Source: an uncultured Eubacteriales bacterium (GTDB lineage: Bacteria; Bacillota; Clostridia; Christensenellales; DTU072). From it: DNA of 64,000 nucleotides. This document shows, one piece after another, positions 1 through 10,720 of the stretch (position 1 is the first letter of the stretch; every line of letters begins with the position of its first letter). The notes under the pieces are model-generated. The model saw only the letters and a program-made list of their open reading frames with translations, did no database searches and had not been told where the DNA came from. Position numbers and translations under genes: made by a program. The stretch is from assembly GCA_949292905.1 (NCBI GenBank), contig CASFAV010000006.1, forward strand, positions 476 through 64,475, read 5' to 3'.

Positions 1-231
1 GTCGTGCTTGCTACGCTCAATCACGATCTTGATCCGGCGCGGCGCGCGTCAATGACCGCCGCGCCCATAAAAATAGGCAGAAACGTGTGGATAGGCTCGC
101 ATGCCACGGTGCTTTCGGGTGTTAAAATAGGCGACGGCGCCGTAGTTGCCGCGGGAGCCGTGGTGACTAAGGACGTGCCGCCTTATACCGTGGTCGGAGG
201 AGTGCCCGCCGGGATATTGAAAAACCTGTAG
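1..231 (+). CDS. Hexapeptide-repeat sugar O-acetyltransferase (Maa/LacA-like), 3' part only
   Basis: [49 protein letters not shown] is the typical left-handed beta-helix C-terminus. The gene runs in from the window edge. Confidence 0.85.
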   Translation, partial: VVLATLNHDLDPARRASMTAAPIKIGRNVWIGSHATVLSGVKIGDGAVVAAGAVVTKDVPPYTVVGGVPAGILKNL

Positions 232-318
232 CTAATGTCGTATTTCTGATATGCAAGGTCCGCATATAGCATATACATTAAGTTCGGAATAATATGGCTT
301 ACTAATGGAAACGAAGTT

Positions 319-1890
319 ATGAATGAAAATTTAAGATTGATTCCTAAAGCTGCCGAAACGATTTTTAAGGGCGGTATAACTTTATTGAAGATCATCTCGT
401 TGCGCGGTGCAAGTTGCTTCCAAAGGGATTTTTTTGCTTCGCTCGGCGGTGCGTGCGGATTTACCGCATCGGAAGAGGAAGGTACACCCGTAACGTATTC
501 ATGCGGATACGGCGAGATCCCGCCCGAAGGATATATGCTCGAGCTTAAAGGCGACTGCGCGGAATTACGCGCTTCCGACTACGGAGGATTGTTTTACGGG
601 TTTGTTACGTTGGCGCAGCTGATACATAATTACGGAGGAGAAGTTCCTTCCGTCACCGTGCGAGACCGTCCGTCCTTGAACTATCGCGGTCTTATGCTTG
701 ACGTAGCAAGATATTTTTTCGATAAAGAGGATATATTTCGTTTCGCCGATTTTTGCGCGCTCCACAAACTTAACGTAATTCATCTTCATCTTACGGACGA
801 TCAGGGCTGGAGAATGCCTGTAAAGAAATACCCTTTGCTTACGGAAAAGGGCGGTTTCCGTTCTCACACCAATTTCGGCGTACGTCCTCACGGCGGTTAT
901 TATACCGAAGAAGATCTCAAGGAAATAATCGCTTATGCCAACGCACGCAATATAGAGGTAATACCTGAGATAGATATGCCCGGGCATATGCAGGCGGCTA
1001 TAGCGTCGTATCCTTATTTGGGCTGTTTCGGGCGCAAACTCGAGGTGGCTACTCATACCGGAGTGAAGCACGACGTGCTTTGCGCGGGTAAAGAAAGTAC
1101 ATATCGTTTTGTTTTCGATGTCATAGACGAAGCTGCGGAATTATTCGGAGGCAATACGCGGTATATTCATATAGGTGGCGACGAAGTGGTTACGCATCGC
1201 TGGAAGCACTGCCCCGATTGCCGTAAAAGAGCGGAGAAGGAGCGCATCGGAAGCGTGGAAAATTTGCAAAGCTATTTTATCTCGCGTGTTGCCGATTACG
1301 TGGAGTCCAAGGGATTTATACCCGTGATGTGGAACGAAAGCGAGGTGAGCGGCAGAGCGCCGCGTTCGGCGGTATGGCAATATTGGACTGACGACTCCGG
1401 CGAGAAAGAACGCGAAATACTTATGGCGGCATGCGCATCGCGCGGAGTGATCAACAGTTCCAGTAAGCATTGCTATATGGATCTTCCTTATGCTTACATA
1501 AATATCGAGAAAGCATATTCTTTCGTTCCGCGTCCCGCGGAAGTGCCGGCGAGTAAATTCGTAGGCGCCGAAATGGCGTTATGGACGGAATACGTACCCG
1601 ATTTCCGGACGGCTTGCCGTCGTTTGTTGCCGCGTAGCGCAGCGTTGGCGGAAGTCATGTGGAATTCTGCCGAAAAAGATTTCGGAAGTTTCAAGTCAAG
1701 GCTGAATTATACTCTCGGGTTTATGCGCGCAATAGGATTCGAAGGGGCTTTACAGAAATGCGCGTCGCCCGGGAAAACGCGCGCACTGTTTCAGAAACTA
1801 TGGTTTGAAAGGCGTCAATTGCATTGGCAAGGGCTTACAAACCTTTACAACGACATAAAAATAAGTTTGCGTTACGGCAAAAAACTATGA
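319..1890 (+). CDS. GH20 beta-N-acetylhexosaminidase
   Basis: YRGLMLDVARYF, HLHLTDDQGWR, PEIDMPGH, catalytic HIGGDE, LWTEY. The true start may be TTG at 385. Confidence 0.9.
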   Translation: MNENLRLIPKAAETIFKGGITLLKIISLRGASCFQRDFFASLGGACGFTASEEEGTPVTYSCGYGEIPPEGYMLELKGDCAELRASDYGGLFYGFVTLAQLIHNYGGEVPSVTVRDRPSLNYRGLMLDVARYFFDKEDIFRFADFCALHKLNVIHLHLTDDQGWRMPVKKYPLLTEKGGFRSHTNFGVRPHGGYYTEEDLKEIIAYANARNIEVIPEIDMPGHMQAAIASYPYLGCFGRKLEVATHTGVKHDVLCAGKESTYRFVFDVIDEAAELFGGNTRYIHIGGDEVVTHRWKHCPDCRKRAEKERIGSVENLQSYFISRVADYVESKGFIPVMWNESEVSGRAPRSAVWQYWTDDSGEKEREILMAACASRGVINSSSKHCYMDLPYAYINIEKAYSFVPRPAEVPASKFVGAEMALWTEYVPDFRTACRRLLPRSAALAEVMWNSAEKDFGSFKSRLNYTLGFMRAIGFEGALQKCASPGKTRALFQKLWFERRQLHWQGLTNLYNDIKISLRYGKKL

Positions 1891-1906
1891 AAATAAAAGG
1901 CGATAT

Positions 1907-3619
1907 ATGGCAAAAAGCAATCTTTTAAATCAAATCGTTTTTTTGGTAAAAGACTTTTTCGGACATTGGAATACTCCGGCCAAAGAAGGCTATTATCTGC
2001 CCAATAAGGAATTCGTCGCGTATTCGGTAGGCGGCATGGGCGTGCAGGGTATGGGAATACTTACGCAGTACTTTGCCATAAACATGGGTGTTCATTTGGC
2101 TTACGTGTACAATTTTGACCAGACAATTGTTCTTTACACGTCATGGATAGCCGCCGTTCTATCGATTTTCAGAGCGCCGCTGGTGGGTTGGATTATAGAC
2201 AATACCAATACAAAATGGGGTAAATACAGACCTTATCTGTTGTTTACCGGTTTTTTAAGCGTCGCTTGTTTCTGGTTGCTTGCTTTTATCCCGCAGATAT
2301 TTATGCCTGAAGCCGGACAAGAATATACGGTAGCGCGCAAATGGGCTGTCATAGGATCGTATCAGCTCATATATTTTATCGCGATGACCGTGTACGGATT
2401 TTTCTCTTTCGGCAGAGTAGGACTTTCGCAGGTTATTACGCCAAATACCAACGAACGCACAAAGCTGTATTCTATAGGCGGAGTCATCGATTCGCTCGGA
2501 CCATCGATAGTGCAAATGCTTTTCCCGTTAATCGCTAACTGGGTTTACGGGCAGAAAGGGCTGGTTTACGCAGAGCGCTACGGCAACCTCACCGCGGAAG
2601 AGTTGTCCGGCGTCGGAATGGGCTTCGGCATGGAGAACATTCATACTTATCAGATAATTTTCCCGATAATGGGTTGCGCCTGCGTTGCCGTTGCGCTGAT
2701 AATGTTTTTCGGGACCAAAGAAAGAATTATTCAAACCAAACGCAGCCGCGAAAAAATCAGATTTTTCGCAGGTATAGCGCAAAGCTTCAAAAATAAATAT
2801 TTTTGGATTTTCAATATATCCAACGTTCTGGCTTTCGGCAGAATTACGATATTCGCTTCCGTAAATTATATATGCGCTTACATGATAGGCGGCGATCTCG
2901 GCGGGAATTTGCGCGGCATTATGCCTACGCTCATGGCGGTGGGATTCGTGCCGGGCATGCTTTTTTCTCCCGTTATACAGAAATATATGGGCAAGAAAAA
3001 GATGACTTTGTTGTCTTTCGGCGGTTCGGCAACTCTGTCGGTTTTAATACTGTTTCTCGTTCTGTTTGCCTACGAAGCCGATTATACGCCGTACCTAATG
3101 TTTGCGGGGATATTCCTTCATAACATGTTTGCGGCGCTATGGACGGTCACTTCTCCCGCTATGACTGCCGATTATTGCGAGTATCAGCAGTGGAAAACGG
3201 GCGACAGGCTTGACGGATATATGTCGCAGTATACCTCGGTGGCAACTACCGTGTGCGGCATGGCGACGGGACTGCTTGTTTCGGAAATACTTAAGGCCTA
3301 CGGCGCCAATACTTCTCTGGACTACGAAAATCCCGAGGTGATGCGTAACGTATTCGTTATCTGGTCCGTGATGGGCGTCGCGTGCGGCATACTTGCGATG
3401 ATACCGTTTTTCTTCTGGAATCTTACCGAGGAAAAACAGCTTGCCATGGCTCGCGAACTTAAGATACGGGCTTATAAAGAGGAAATCGAGAACGGGGAAC
3501 TCGATCCGTCTCAGATCGGAGAAGCCGTTGAACTCGGAGTTATAAGCGCGGAACGCGCAGCCGAGATGGGGTACCTAGGCGACGAAGCGGCGGCAGCGGT
3601 AACGTCCGAAAAGGAATAA
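1907..3619 (+). CDS. MFS glycoside-pentoside-hexuronide (MelB-like) symporter
   Basis: About 12 hydrophobic segments; GWIIDNTNTKWGKYRPY and ADYCEYQQWKTGDRLDG are GPH-family motifs. Confidence 0.85.
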   Translation: MAKSNLLNQIVFLVKDFFGHWNTPAKEGYYLPNKEFVAYSVGGMGVQGMGILTQYFAINMGVHLAYVYNFDQTIVLYTSWIAAVLSIFRAPLVGWIIDNTNTKWGKYRPYLLFTGFLSVACFWLLAFIPQIFMPEAGQEYTVARKWAVIGSYQLIYFIAMTVYGFFSFGRVGLSQVITPNTNERTKLYSIGGVIDSLGPSIVQMLFPLIANWVYGQKGLVYAERYGNLTAEELSGVGMGFGMENIHTYQIIFPIMGCACVAVALIMFFGTKERIIQTKRSREKIRFFAGIAQSFKNKYFWIFNISNVLAFGRITIFASVNYICAYMIGGDLGGNLRGIMPTLMAVGFVPGMLFSPVIQKYMGKKKMTLLSFGGSATLSVLILFLVLFAYEADYTPYLMFAGIFLHNMFAALWTVTSPAMTADYCEYQQWKTGDRLDGYMSQYTSVATTVCGMATGLLVSEILKAYGANTSLDYENPEVMRNVFVIWSVMGVACGILAMIPFFFWNLTEEKQLAMARELKIRAYKEEIENGELDPSQIGEAVELGVISAERAAEMGYLGDEAAAAVTSEKE

Positions 3620-3706
3620 CTCTTCAGGCAAACTCACCGTTACGCGGTATGCGATCTTTATCTCGACATGGTAGAGAAGTCGCTCTGCGCGATAGCGAAA
3701 AAAGGA

Positions 3707-3787
3707 GGCGCGGTAGTGAATAAAGACGTGCCGCCTTATACTGTAGTCGGCGGCGTGCCCGCCAAGGAGATCAAAAAGCTGAACTGA
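3707..3787 (+). pseudogene. Remnant 3' end of a hexapeptide acetyltransferase (diverged second copy of 154-231)
   Basis: Translates [26 protein letters not shown]. The 17 nt GACGTGCCGCCTTATAC is identical at 172-188 and 3725-3741. Confidence 0.8.
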
Positions 3788-3802
3788 TTTGTCGGGGGAA
3801 AA

Positions 3803-4483
3803 ATGCCTGTTATCGAATTGAAGGGAGTTTCACACAGTTACGCGAGCGGCGTCAAAGTGCTTGACGGCGTCGATATCGCCGTGGAAAAGGGAGAATTCCT
3901 TTCGATACTCGGCGCTTCGGGCAGCGGTAAAACGACGCTGTTGTCCGTAATGGGCGGTATAGTTAAGCCCACCGAAGGCAAAGTGTATGTAGACGGGGAG
4001 GACGTCACCGCTTACACGGAGAAAAAGCTCGCCGTCATGAGACGTACCAAATTGAGTTTCGTATTTCAGTTTTTCAATCTCGCACCTTATCTTACCGTGG
4101 AACAGAATATTCTGGTACCCGCGCTTCTGCGGGGAAAAAGCAGAGCCGAGGTCAAAGACGATCTCGACGGACTGCTCGCTTATACGGGGCTCACGGCACG
4201 CAGGAACGCGTTGCCGGCAAGGATATCCGGAGGGGAGCAACAACGCACGGCTATCGCGCGCGGTCTTATCGTAAAGCCTGAAATAGTGCTTCTTGACGAG
4301 CCTACCGGGAACCTGGACAGCGTTAATTCGCGCGAGATAATGGAATTGCTCGCGAAGATCAACGCCGAGTACGGCGTCACCGTGGTGCAGGTGACGCACA
4401 GCGAGCGGAACGCTTTGTACGGTACGCGGATAGTCAACATAACGGACGGGAAGATATGTTCTTCGCCGGTGGTACGGGGGTAA
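3803..4483 (+). CDS. ABC transporter ATP-binding protein (LolD/MacB-like)
   Basis: Walker A GASGSGKT, signature ISGGEQQR, Walker B LLDEPTGNLD, VTH switch. Confidence 0.92.
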   Translation: MPVIELKGVSHSYASGVKVLDGVDIAVEKGEFLSILGASGSGKTTLLSVMGGIVKPTEGKVYVDGEDVTAYTEKKLAVMRRTKLSFVFQFFNLAPYLTVEQNILVPALLRGKSRAEVKDDLDGLLAYTGLTARRNALPARISGGEQQRTAIARGLIVKPEIVLLDEPTGNLDSVNSREIMELLAKINAEYGVTVVQVTHSERNALYGTRIVNITDGKICSSPVVRG

Positions 4484-7056
4484 ACGAAGCAGTGAAAGTT
4501 ATAGCGAAACACACTCTCAACAGCATACGCAAGAATCCTTTACAGTCCTTTGTGATAGTATTTTCGATAATGCTCGTCACGGCGTGTATGCTTTTTGCGT
4601 TCAGCGTGCGGACGATGTTTTACGATATTTCCTCTTTGTGGGCGGAGAGCAGGTTCAACGGCGGAGATATGCGCGTCGAACTGACGGAGCAAAACGATTG
4701 TGCGGAGCTTTTCGCCTATCTCGACGGATCGGAATATGTAAGGGATTATTTTGCCTACGGTTACATCGGCGGCAGCGCAGTCAAGACGGAAGACGTCACG
4801 CTCGCCGTGGAATGCGCGTTTACCGACGACGCGGAGGCGCTCAACAGATTGAGCGGATCCGAAGTTCTGCGGACGGCGGAGCCGCGCGAAGGCGAGCTTT
4901 CGGGGGCGGTTTCGCATAAATTCGCGGAAACGGCGGGAGCGGACGCGGGCGATACGGTAAAGCTTTGCGTGGAAGGAACGCCGCTCGATTACGAGGGCAC
5001 GGGCTACGTTACCGTGAGGATAACGTCCGTGTTCAATTCCACGGGATTTTATTATACCAACGGCGGTTCCGAGAAAATAGTCATCGATTATTCGGAACTC
5101 GAGGGTAAAGTCGCGACAAGGCGTTTCGGCAACTTTCTCATTTATCTGCACGAGCCGTACGCCGACGGCGAAGTAAGCGCCGTGGAAAAAGCGGTGCGCG
5201 AAATAACCGGCAACAAACTTACCGTATATATCGCCGACGGTTACGCCGAGAACGCCATAGAAGATTCCGTTTCGGGCAGTATGGAAACTCTCTCCATAGG
5301 CGTGGCGGCGGTGACGATGCTTATGGCGGTGATGATATATTTTTCTTATTCCGTCATAGCGAGGAACCGCACAGAAGAACTCGTGAAATTCAAAGCGTCC
5401 GGCGCAACTCCCGCCCAAAGCATAGCGATAATGTATGCGGAAGTATGCGTTTACGTCTTTACGGGCGGCGTTACGGGACTGGCGGCGGGAACGGGAGTGC
5501 TGAAACTTGCGGAAAACATATTGAGAGCGCAGGTGGCGGGCATTACCGTTTACGCCGAAGCGTGGAAGTATGCGTTGGCTTTCGCGGTTGCTGCGGCAGC
5601 GGCTTTCGCCGCGTGCGCGCCGCCCGCCGCGCGCATAGGTTATATGTCGATAACGGCGTTGCGCTCGGAGTCGGTGCGCTTCGCGCGCCGCGCGCCGGCA
5701 TGGCTAGCGATAGCTTCAACGGTGCTTTTCGCGGGAGCGCTCACCGGACTTTTCTTTGCAGAGGGCGACGCGCTCATGCCGATGATGATAGTATTCCTCG
5801 TATCCACCGTGATATGGGCTGTCGCGACCGTTCCGCACGTCCTCTCCGCCGCGGGAGCGCTGTGCGAAAGAATATTCCCGAAACGCGAAGCCAATATCGC
5901 CGCCATGGAAATGCCCGTAAACGCGGGAGTAACGACGGTAGCCGTGATGCTTTCGCTCGTGATAGCGTTCGTGTGGACGGGTTACTGCATTGTCGATCTC
6001 GTCAGAATGACTTCCGTACCCGCTGACGCACGCTTTACTTCCGATTTCGTTGTGCCGTCTTACGCCGTAGACGTCGAGGCGCAGAACGGGATACTGGCGG
6101 ATTATCTCGCCGTGGACGGCATTACCGACGGCTCTTACGCCGAAAAAATAGCTTTATACAATATACTGCGCGACGACGGCTCGTCTTATGAGTACGAAGG
6201 GGCGATACAGCTTTTGATGGTGCCGTCGAGCGAAGCTTTCCCTTACGTCTGTCCCGAAGTCGATCCCGAAGCCGCAGAAAAATTCGAAACCGTCACGCGC
6301 CCGATAATTTTACATTATTCCGCGATGGAGGAAGGCGGCTTCGAGATCGGAGACAAGGTGCGTTTGGAGGTATGGAGCCACGCGGGACATTGTTTCCTGG
6401 AGGGAGAATTCGAAGTGGTGGGCGCGGATTACACGTTTACGTGTTACGACAATATCGCGTTCATCCGCGCAAGCGACTGCGTGAACGAAGCGGGAGAAAG
6501 GATACTCGGCAATATTTTCTACTACCTTAACGGAGATAAAGACGCTTTCCCCGAAATTCGCGACGCGATCGACAAAAACAACGTGACAATATTCGAGCGC
6601 GAATACTATTATGCTCAAAACTCTTTCAACGCGGTACTGTTCGACATGCTGGGCGCATTCGTCGCGGTGATCTTCGCGGTGGCGGCGCTCGGTATGATCG
6701 ATCTCGTCGCGGTGACCGCCGCTGAAAGGAAACGCGAATTCGCCGTTTACCGTCTTTCCGGAATGACCGCTGGCGGCGCTTTCCGCCTTGCCCTCACGGA
6801 AGCGGCGGTCATATCGGTCACGGGGTTTGTTGCGGGCTTCCTTTTCTCGCTCGGTATCAATCAGACCGTGCCCGCGCTCGCGCTCATAGTCGGAAGGTAT
6901 GTGCCGCGAACGCTTTTCGAAACGGAAATAGCTTATATAGCTTTGTCGGGCGGCGGGATAGTCTTTCTCTGTTGGCTTGCGTTTACCTCGTTCACGGCGC
7001 TCGTTGCGCGCAAGTCGGACAGATTCAACGCGGGATCGGGACTCACGATCGAGTAG
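4456..7056 (+). CDS. FtsX/MacB-like ABC permease with two permease repeats
   Basis: Two TM clusters with RTEELVKFKASGAT and ERKREFAVYRLSGM motifs and large extracellular loops. Follows the ATPase; start uncertain. Confidence 0.8.
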   Translation: MFFAGGTGVNEAVKVIAKHTLNSIRKNPLQSFVIVFSIMLVTACMLFAFSVRTMFYDISSLWAESRFNGGDMRVELTEQNDCAELFAYLDGSEYVRDYFAYGYIGGSAVKTEDVTLAVECAFTDDAEALNRLSGSEVLRTAEPREGELSGAVSHKFAETAGADAGDTVKLCVEGTPLDYEGTGYVTVRITSVFNSTGFYYTNGGSEKIVIDYSELEGKVATRRFGNFLIYLHEPYADGEVSAVEKAVREITGNKLTVYIADGYAENAIEDSVSGSMETLSIGVAAVTMLMAVMIYFSYSVIARNRTEELVKFKASGATPAQSIAIMYAEVCVYVFTGGVTGLAAGTGVLKLAENILRAQVAGITVYAEAWKYALAFAVAAAAAFAACAPPAARIGYMSITALRSESVRFARRAPAWLAIASTVLFAGALTGLFFAEGDALMPMMIVFLVSTVIWAVATVPHVLSAAGALCERIFPKREANIAAMEMPVNAGVTTVAVMLSLVIAFVWTGYCIVDLVRMTSVPADARFTSDFVVPSYAVDVEAQNGILADYLAVDGITDGSYAEKIALYNILRDDGSSYEYEGAIQLLMVPSSEAFPYVCPEVDPEAAEKFETVTRPIILHYSAMEEGGFEIGDKVRLEVWSHAGHCFLEGEFEVVGADYTFTCYDNIAFIRASDCVNEAGERILGNIFYYLNGDKDAFPEIRDAIDKNNVTIFEREYYYAQNSFNAVLFDMLGAFVAVIFAVAALGMIDLVAVTAAERKREFAVYRLSGMTAGGAFRLALTEAAVISVTGFVAGFLFSLGINQTVPALALIVGRYVPRTLFETEIAYIALSGGGIVFLCWLAFTSFTALVARKSDRFNAGSGLTIE

Positions 7057-7104
7057 AACGTTCTTATTTACGCACTTTTTATCGGCGTCTTTTGCGCGCA
7101 CGCG

Positions 7105-7133
7105 TTGCATTGTGCGCGCTTATATTGTATAAT
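7105..7133 (+). promoter_or_regulatory. Sigma-A-type promoter
   Basis: TTGCAT-17 bp-TATAAT with TG extension, upstream of RBS AAGGAG and the ATG at 7167. Confidence 0.65.
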
Positions 7134-7166
7134 ACCCCGTATAAATCTTAAAAGGAGAACCGTAAT

Positions 7167-7937
7167 ATGCGTTTGCGTTTGAAAGCGCTCGTCGTAGTTT
7201 TGCTCGTGTCGTTGTTTGTCGCCGTGATGATACCTTGTATGTATAACCGTTACATACAGGGAGAAACGCTTTATTACGTGTCAAAAGTGGACGCTTTTCG
7301 TAAAGAAAACGAGACTCTGCCGCGCGGCGGAGTGGTCTTCGTGGGAGACAGTATTACGGATTTCTGCAATCTCGACAAGTTTTATCCCGGTCTCGACGCG
7401 GTAAACCGCGGAATAGCGGGCGACGTCACGTTCGGGGTTTTGCGGCGTATGGAAGAATCGGTCTACGCGCTCGCGCCGCGGCTCGTGGTGCTGCTTATCG
7501 GGATCAACGACATAGCGCGCGCTCATCGTCCGGAAACAACGCTCGAAAATATTCGGGAAATCGTCTCCGAAATAAAAACGAATTGCCCCGACACGAAAAT
7601 AATCATACAATCCGTTTACCCCGTCAATCCGAGGTGGCGCGAAAATTACGCCAAGCGCAATACGCCTCTCGTCAAGGAGCTTAACGCGGGGATAGAGGAA
7701 TTGGCGGCGGAGTTCGGATGCACGTTTGCAAACATTTATCCATATCTCGTGGGCGACGACGGCTATTTGATCGACGAATACACCAAAGACGGGCTACATC
7801 CCAACGACAAAGGCTACGAAGTCATATCGTCTCATCTCAGACCGATAATAGACGAAGTACTCGGGACCGACGTCGCGTCGGAGCGAGTAGCCGTATTCGA
7901 GCCGGTACGAAGCGATATACCCGTGCGGAAATTATGA
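7167..7937 (+). CDS. SGNH/GDSL lipase-esterase with N-terminal membrane anchor or signal
   Basis: FVGDSIT, NRGIAGD, IGIND and DGLHPN blocks. Confidence 0.88.
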   Translation: MRLRLKALVVVLLVSLFVAVMIPCMYNRYIQGETLYYVSKVDAFRKENETLPRGGVVFVGDSITDFCNLDKFYPGLDAVNRGIAGDVTFGVLRRMEESVYALAPRLVVLLIGINDIARAHRPETTLENIREIVSEIKTNCPDTKIIIQSVYPVNPRWRENYAKRNTPLVKELNAGIEELAAEFGCTFANIYPYLVGDDGYLIDEYTKDGLHPNDKGYEVISSHLRPIIDEVLGTDVASERVAVFEPVRSDIPVRKL

Positions 7938-7974
7938 CGCGCCGCGTTGATTATGCAAAATCCGCGTATAATCA

Positions 7975-8046
7975 ACGGATATATTCATTATTAAGCCCCT
8001 TATTCGTTTGCTATATACATTCGGGTGGGGTATAATCTATGCATAA
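7975..8046 (+). promoter_or_regulatory. arg operon promoter with overlapping ARG-box-like sites
   Basis: TTGCTA(8008)-17 bp-TATAAT(8031). GTATAATCTATGCATA, TATATACAT and TATATTCAT resemble ArgR boxes or half-boxes. Confidence 0.55.
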
Positions 8047-8074
8047 ACCAACTCAACCTACGGAGGCACATATC

Positions 8075-9304
8075 ATGGCTGACAAAAAGATAAAGAAAAT
8101 AGTTCTCGCGTATTCCGGCGGACTGGATACTTCGATAATAATTCCCTGGCTCAAAGAGAATTACGACGATCCCGAGATAATAGCGGTATCGGGCGACGTG
8201 GGACAGGGCACCGAGCTCGACGGGCTCGAGGAGAAAGCCATCAAAACGGGCGCGAGCAAGTTATACGTAGCGGACCTCAAAGAGGAATTCGTCAAGGATT
8301 ACGTATTCCCCACCCTCAAAGCGGGCGCTAAATACGAAGGCGATTACCTTCTGGGAACCTCTTTCGCCCGCCCGATAATAGCAAAAAGGATAGTGGAGAT
8401 CGCGCTTCAGGAAGGCGCCGACGCCATCTGCCACGGTTGCACCGGAAAGGGCAACGACCAGGTGCGTTTCGAGCTCACGATCAAGGCTTTCGCGCCCGAG
8501 ATGAAGATAATCGCTCCCTGGCGTATATGGAACATCAAGAGCCGCGAAGAGGAGATCGACTACGCCGAAGCTCACAATATCCCGCTCAAGATCAACCGCG
8601 AGACCAATTACAGCAAGGACAAGAACCTGTGGCATCTTTCGCACGAAGGACTCGATCTCGAAGATCCCGCCAACGAGCCGCAGTACGATAAACCCGGATT
8701 CCTCGAAATGGGCGTAAGTCCTTTCGCGGCGCCGGACAAACCCACCTACGTCACGATATCCTTCGTGAAGGGCGAACCCGTAGCCGTCGACGGCGAGAAG
8801 CTCTCTCCCGTGGCTATCGTAGAAAAACTTAATGCCCTGGGCGGCGCCAACGGCATAGGTCTTGCGGACATAGTGGAGAACAGGCTCGTCGGAATGAAAT
8901 CCCGCGGCGTGTACGAAACTCCCGGCGGCACGATCCTTTACCGCGCGCACGAAGTTCTCGAAACGCTCTGCCTCGACCGCGACACCGCGCACTATAAAGC
9001 GCTCGTCGCTCAGCAGTACGCCGAGCTCGTGTATTTCGGCAAGTGGTTCACCCCTCTGCGCGAAGCGCTCCAGGCGTTCGTCGACAAGACTCAGGAGAAC
9101 GTGACGGGCGACGTGAAGCTCAAGCTTTACAAGGGCAACATAATCAATGCCGGCACCACTTCGCCGTACTCGCTGTACAATCCCGAATTCGCCACTTTCG
9201 ACGAAGACGACGTGTACGATCAGAAGGATTCCGCAGGCTTCATCAACCTCTTCGGACTTCCGATCACGGTGAAGGCGCTTATGGATAAAGCGAACAAAAA
9301 ATAG
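8075..9304 (+). CDS. argG: Argininosuccinate synthase
   Basis: [34 protein letters not shown]. Start chosen after the GGAGG RBS. Confidence 0.97.
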   Translation: MADKKIKKIVLAYSGGLDTSIIIPWLKENYDDPEIIAVSGDVGQGTELDGLEEKAIKTGASKLYVADLKEEFVKDYVFPTLKAGAKYEGDYLLGTSFARPIIAKRIVEIALQEGADAICHGCTGKGNDQVRFELTIKAFAPEMKIIAPWRIWNIKSREEEIDYAEAHNIPLKINRETNYSKDKNLWHLSHEGLDLEDPANEPQYDKPGFLEMGVSPFAAPDKPTYVTISFVKGEPVAVDGEKLSPVAIVEKLNALGGANGIGLADIVENRLVGMKSRGVYETPGGTILYRAHEVLETLCLDRDTAHYKALVAQQYAELVYFGKWFTPLREALQAFVDKTQENVTGDVKLKLYKGNIINAGTTSPYSLYNPEFATFDEDDVYDQKDSAGFINLFGLPITVKALMDKANKK

Positions 9305-9340
9305 CAATAATTCGTAGCTATGGCTACATAAGGAAGGTAT

Positions 9341-10720
9341 ATGGCTAATTTATGGTCGGCAAGGTTCTCCAAGGAACTCGACGCCGCGGTCAACGATTTC
9401 AACTCGTCGATAAAGGTCGACGGGTTGATGTATAAAGAGGATATCGAGGGAAGTATCGCTCACGCGAAGATGCTCGGAGCCTGCGGCATAATCCCCGCGG
9501 AGGACGCGGAAGCGATAGTATCCGCGCTTGCGGATATCCGTAAGGAAATAACTTCGGGCAAGCTCGTCATCGATCCCGAAGCGGAGGACATACATATGTT
9601 CGTCGAGGGCGAGCTTACGAAAAGGCTTCCCGAGGCGGGTAAACGCCTGCATACGGCGAGGAGCCGTAACGATCAGGTGGCGGTAGACGCAAGGCTTTAC
9701 CTCAGGGCGAAAACGGACGAACTCGTCGCGGCGGTGAAAAAGCTCGTCGAAGCGCTTTACGAAGTCGCTGAGAAGAACACCGCTACCGTGATGCCCGGAT
9801 ACACTCATCTTCAAAGAGCGCAACCCGTTACTCTCGCGCATCATCTCGCGGCGTACTGCGCCATGTTCATGCGCGACGCTTCCCGTCTTAAAGACTGCCG
9901 CAAGCGTATGAACGTTTCGCCTTTGGGCTCGGGAGCGCTTGCGGGCACGACTTATCCCATCGACAGGAGAATGACGGCGGAGCTTTTGGGATTCGACGGT
10001 ATTTCTTTCAACAGCATGGACGGCGTCAGCGACCGCGATTATCAGGTGGAGCTCGCTTCCGCCGCGGCGCTCATAATGACGCATTTGTCGCGCCTGTCGG
10101 AGGAGATAATTCTGTGGTGCTCGTGGGAATTCAGATTCGTGGAGCTCGACGACGCCTATTCCACCGGTTCGTCGATAATGCCGCAGAAGAAGAACCCCGA
10201 CATAGCCGAGCTCGTGCGCGGCAAGACCGGCAGGACTTACGGCGATCTCATTACGCTGCTCACCATGCTCAAAGGCATTCCGCTAGCGTACAACAAGGAT
10301 ATGCAGGAGGATAAAGAGGCGATATTCGATTCTGTGGAAACGACGCTTGCCTGCCTTACGCTTTTCGCGCCGATGCTCCTCACGATGAAAGTAAACGCGG
10401 ACAATATGGCAAAAGCGGCGCTCAAAGGCTACATCAACGCTACCGACCTTGCCGATTATCTCGCGAAGAAGGGTCTGCCTTTCCGCGCGGCTTATAAAGT
10501 TTCGGGGACTCTCGTCGCCGAATGCGTGAAGCGCGGTATCGCGCTCAACGACCTTACTTTGGACGAGCTCAGGAAAGAGAGCGGACTTTTCGAGGAAGAC
10601 GTTTACGAAGCTATATCCCTCGAAACCTGTCTCAACAAGCGTACTTCCGAAGGCGCGCCTTCGGAGGAGGCGGTGGCGAAGCAACTCTGTATCATAAAGG
10701 AGTTCCTCGATGAGCATTAA
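9341..10720 (+). CDS. argH: Argininosuccinate lyase
   Basis: HTARSRNDQ, GYTHLQRAQP, GSSIMPQKKNPD. Confidence 0.97.
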   Translation: MANLWSARFSKELDAAVNDFNSSIKVDGLMYKEDIEGSIAHAKMLGACGIIPAEDAEAIVSALADIRKEITSGKLVIDPEAEDIHMFVEGELTKRLPEAGKRLHTARSRNDQVAVDARLYLRAKTDELVAAVKKLVEALYEVAEKNTATVMPGYTHLQRAQPVTLAHHLAAYCAMFMRDASRLKDCRKRMNVSPLGSGALAGTTYPIDRRMTAELLGFDGISFNSMDGVSDRDYQVELASAAALIMTHLSRLSEEIILWCSWEFRFVELDDAYSTGSSIMPQKKNPDIAELVRGKTGRTYGDLITLLTMLKGIPLAYNKDMQEDKEAIFDSVETTLACLTLFAPMLLTMKVNADNMAKAALKGYINATDLADYLAKKGLPFRAAYKVSGTLVAECVKRGIALNDLTLDELRKESGLFEEDVYEAISLETCLNKRTSEGAPSEEAVAKQLCIIKEFLDEH

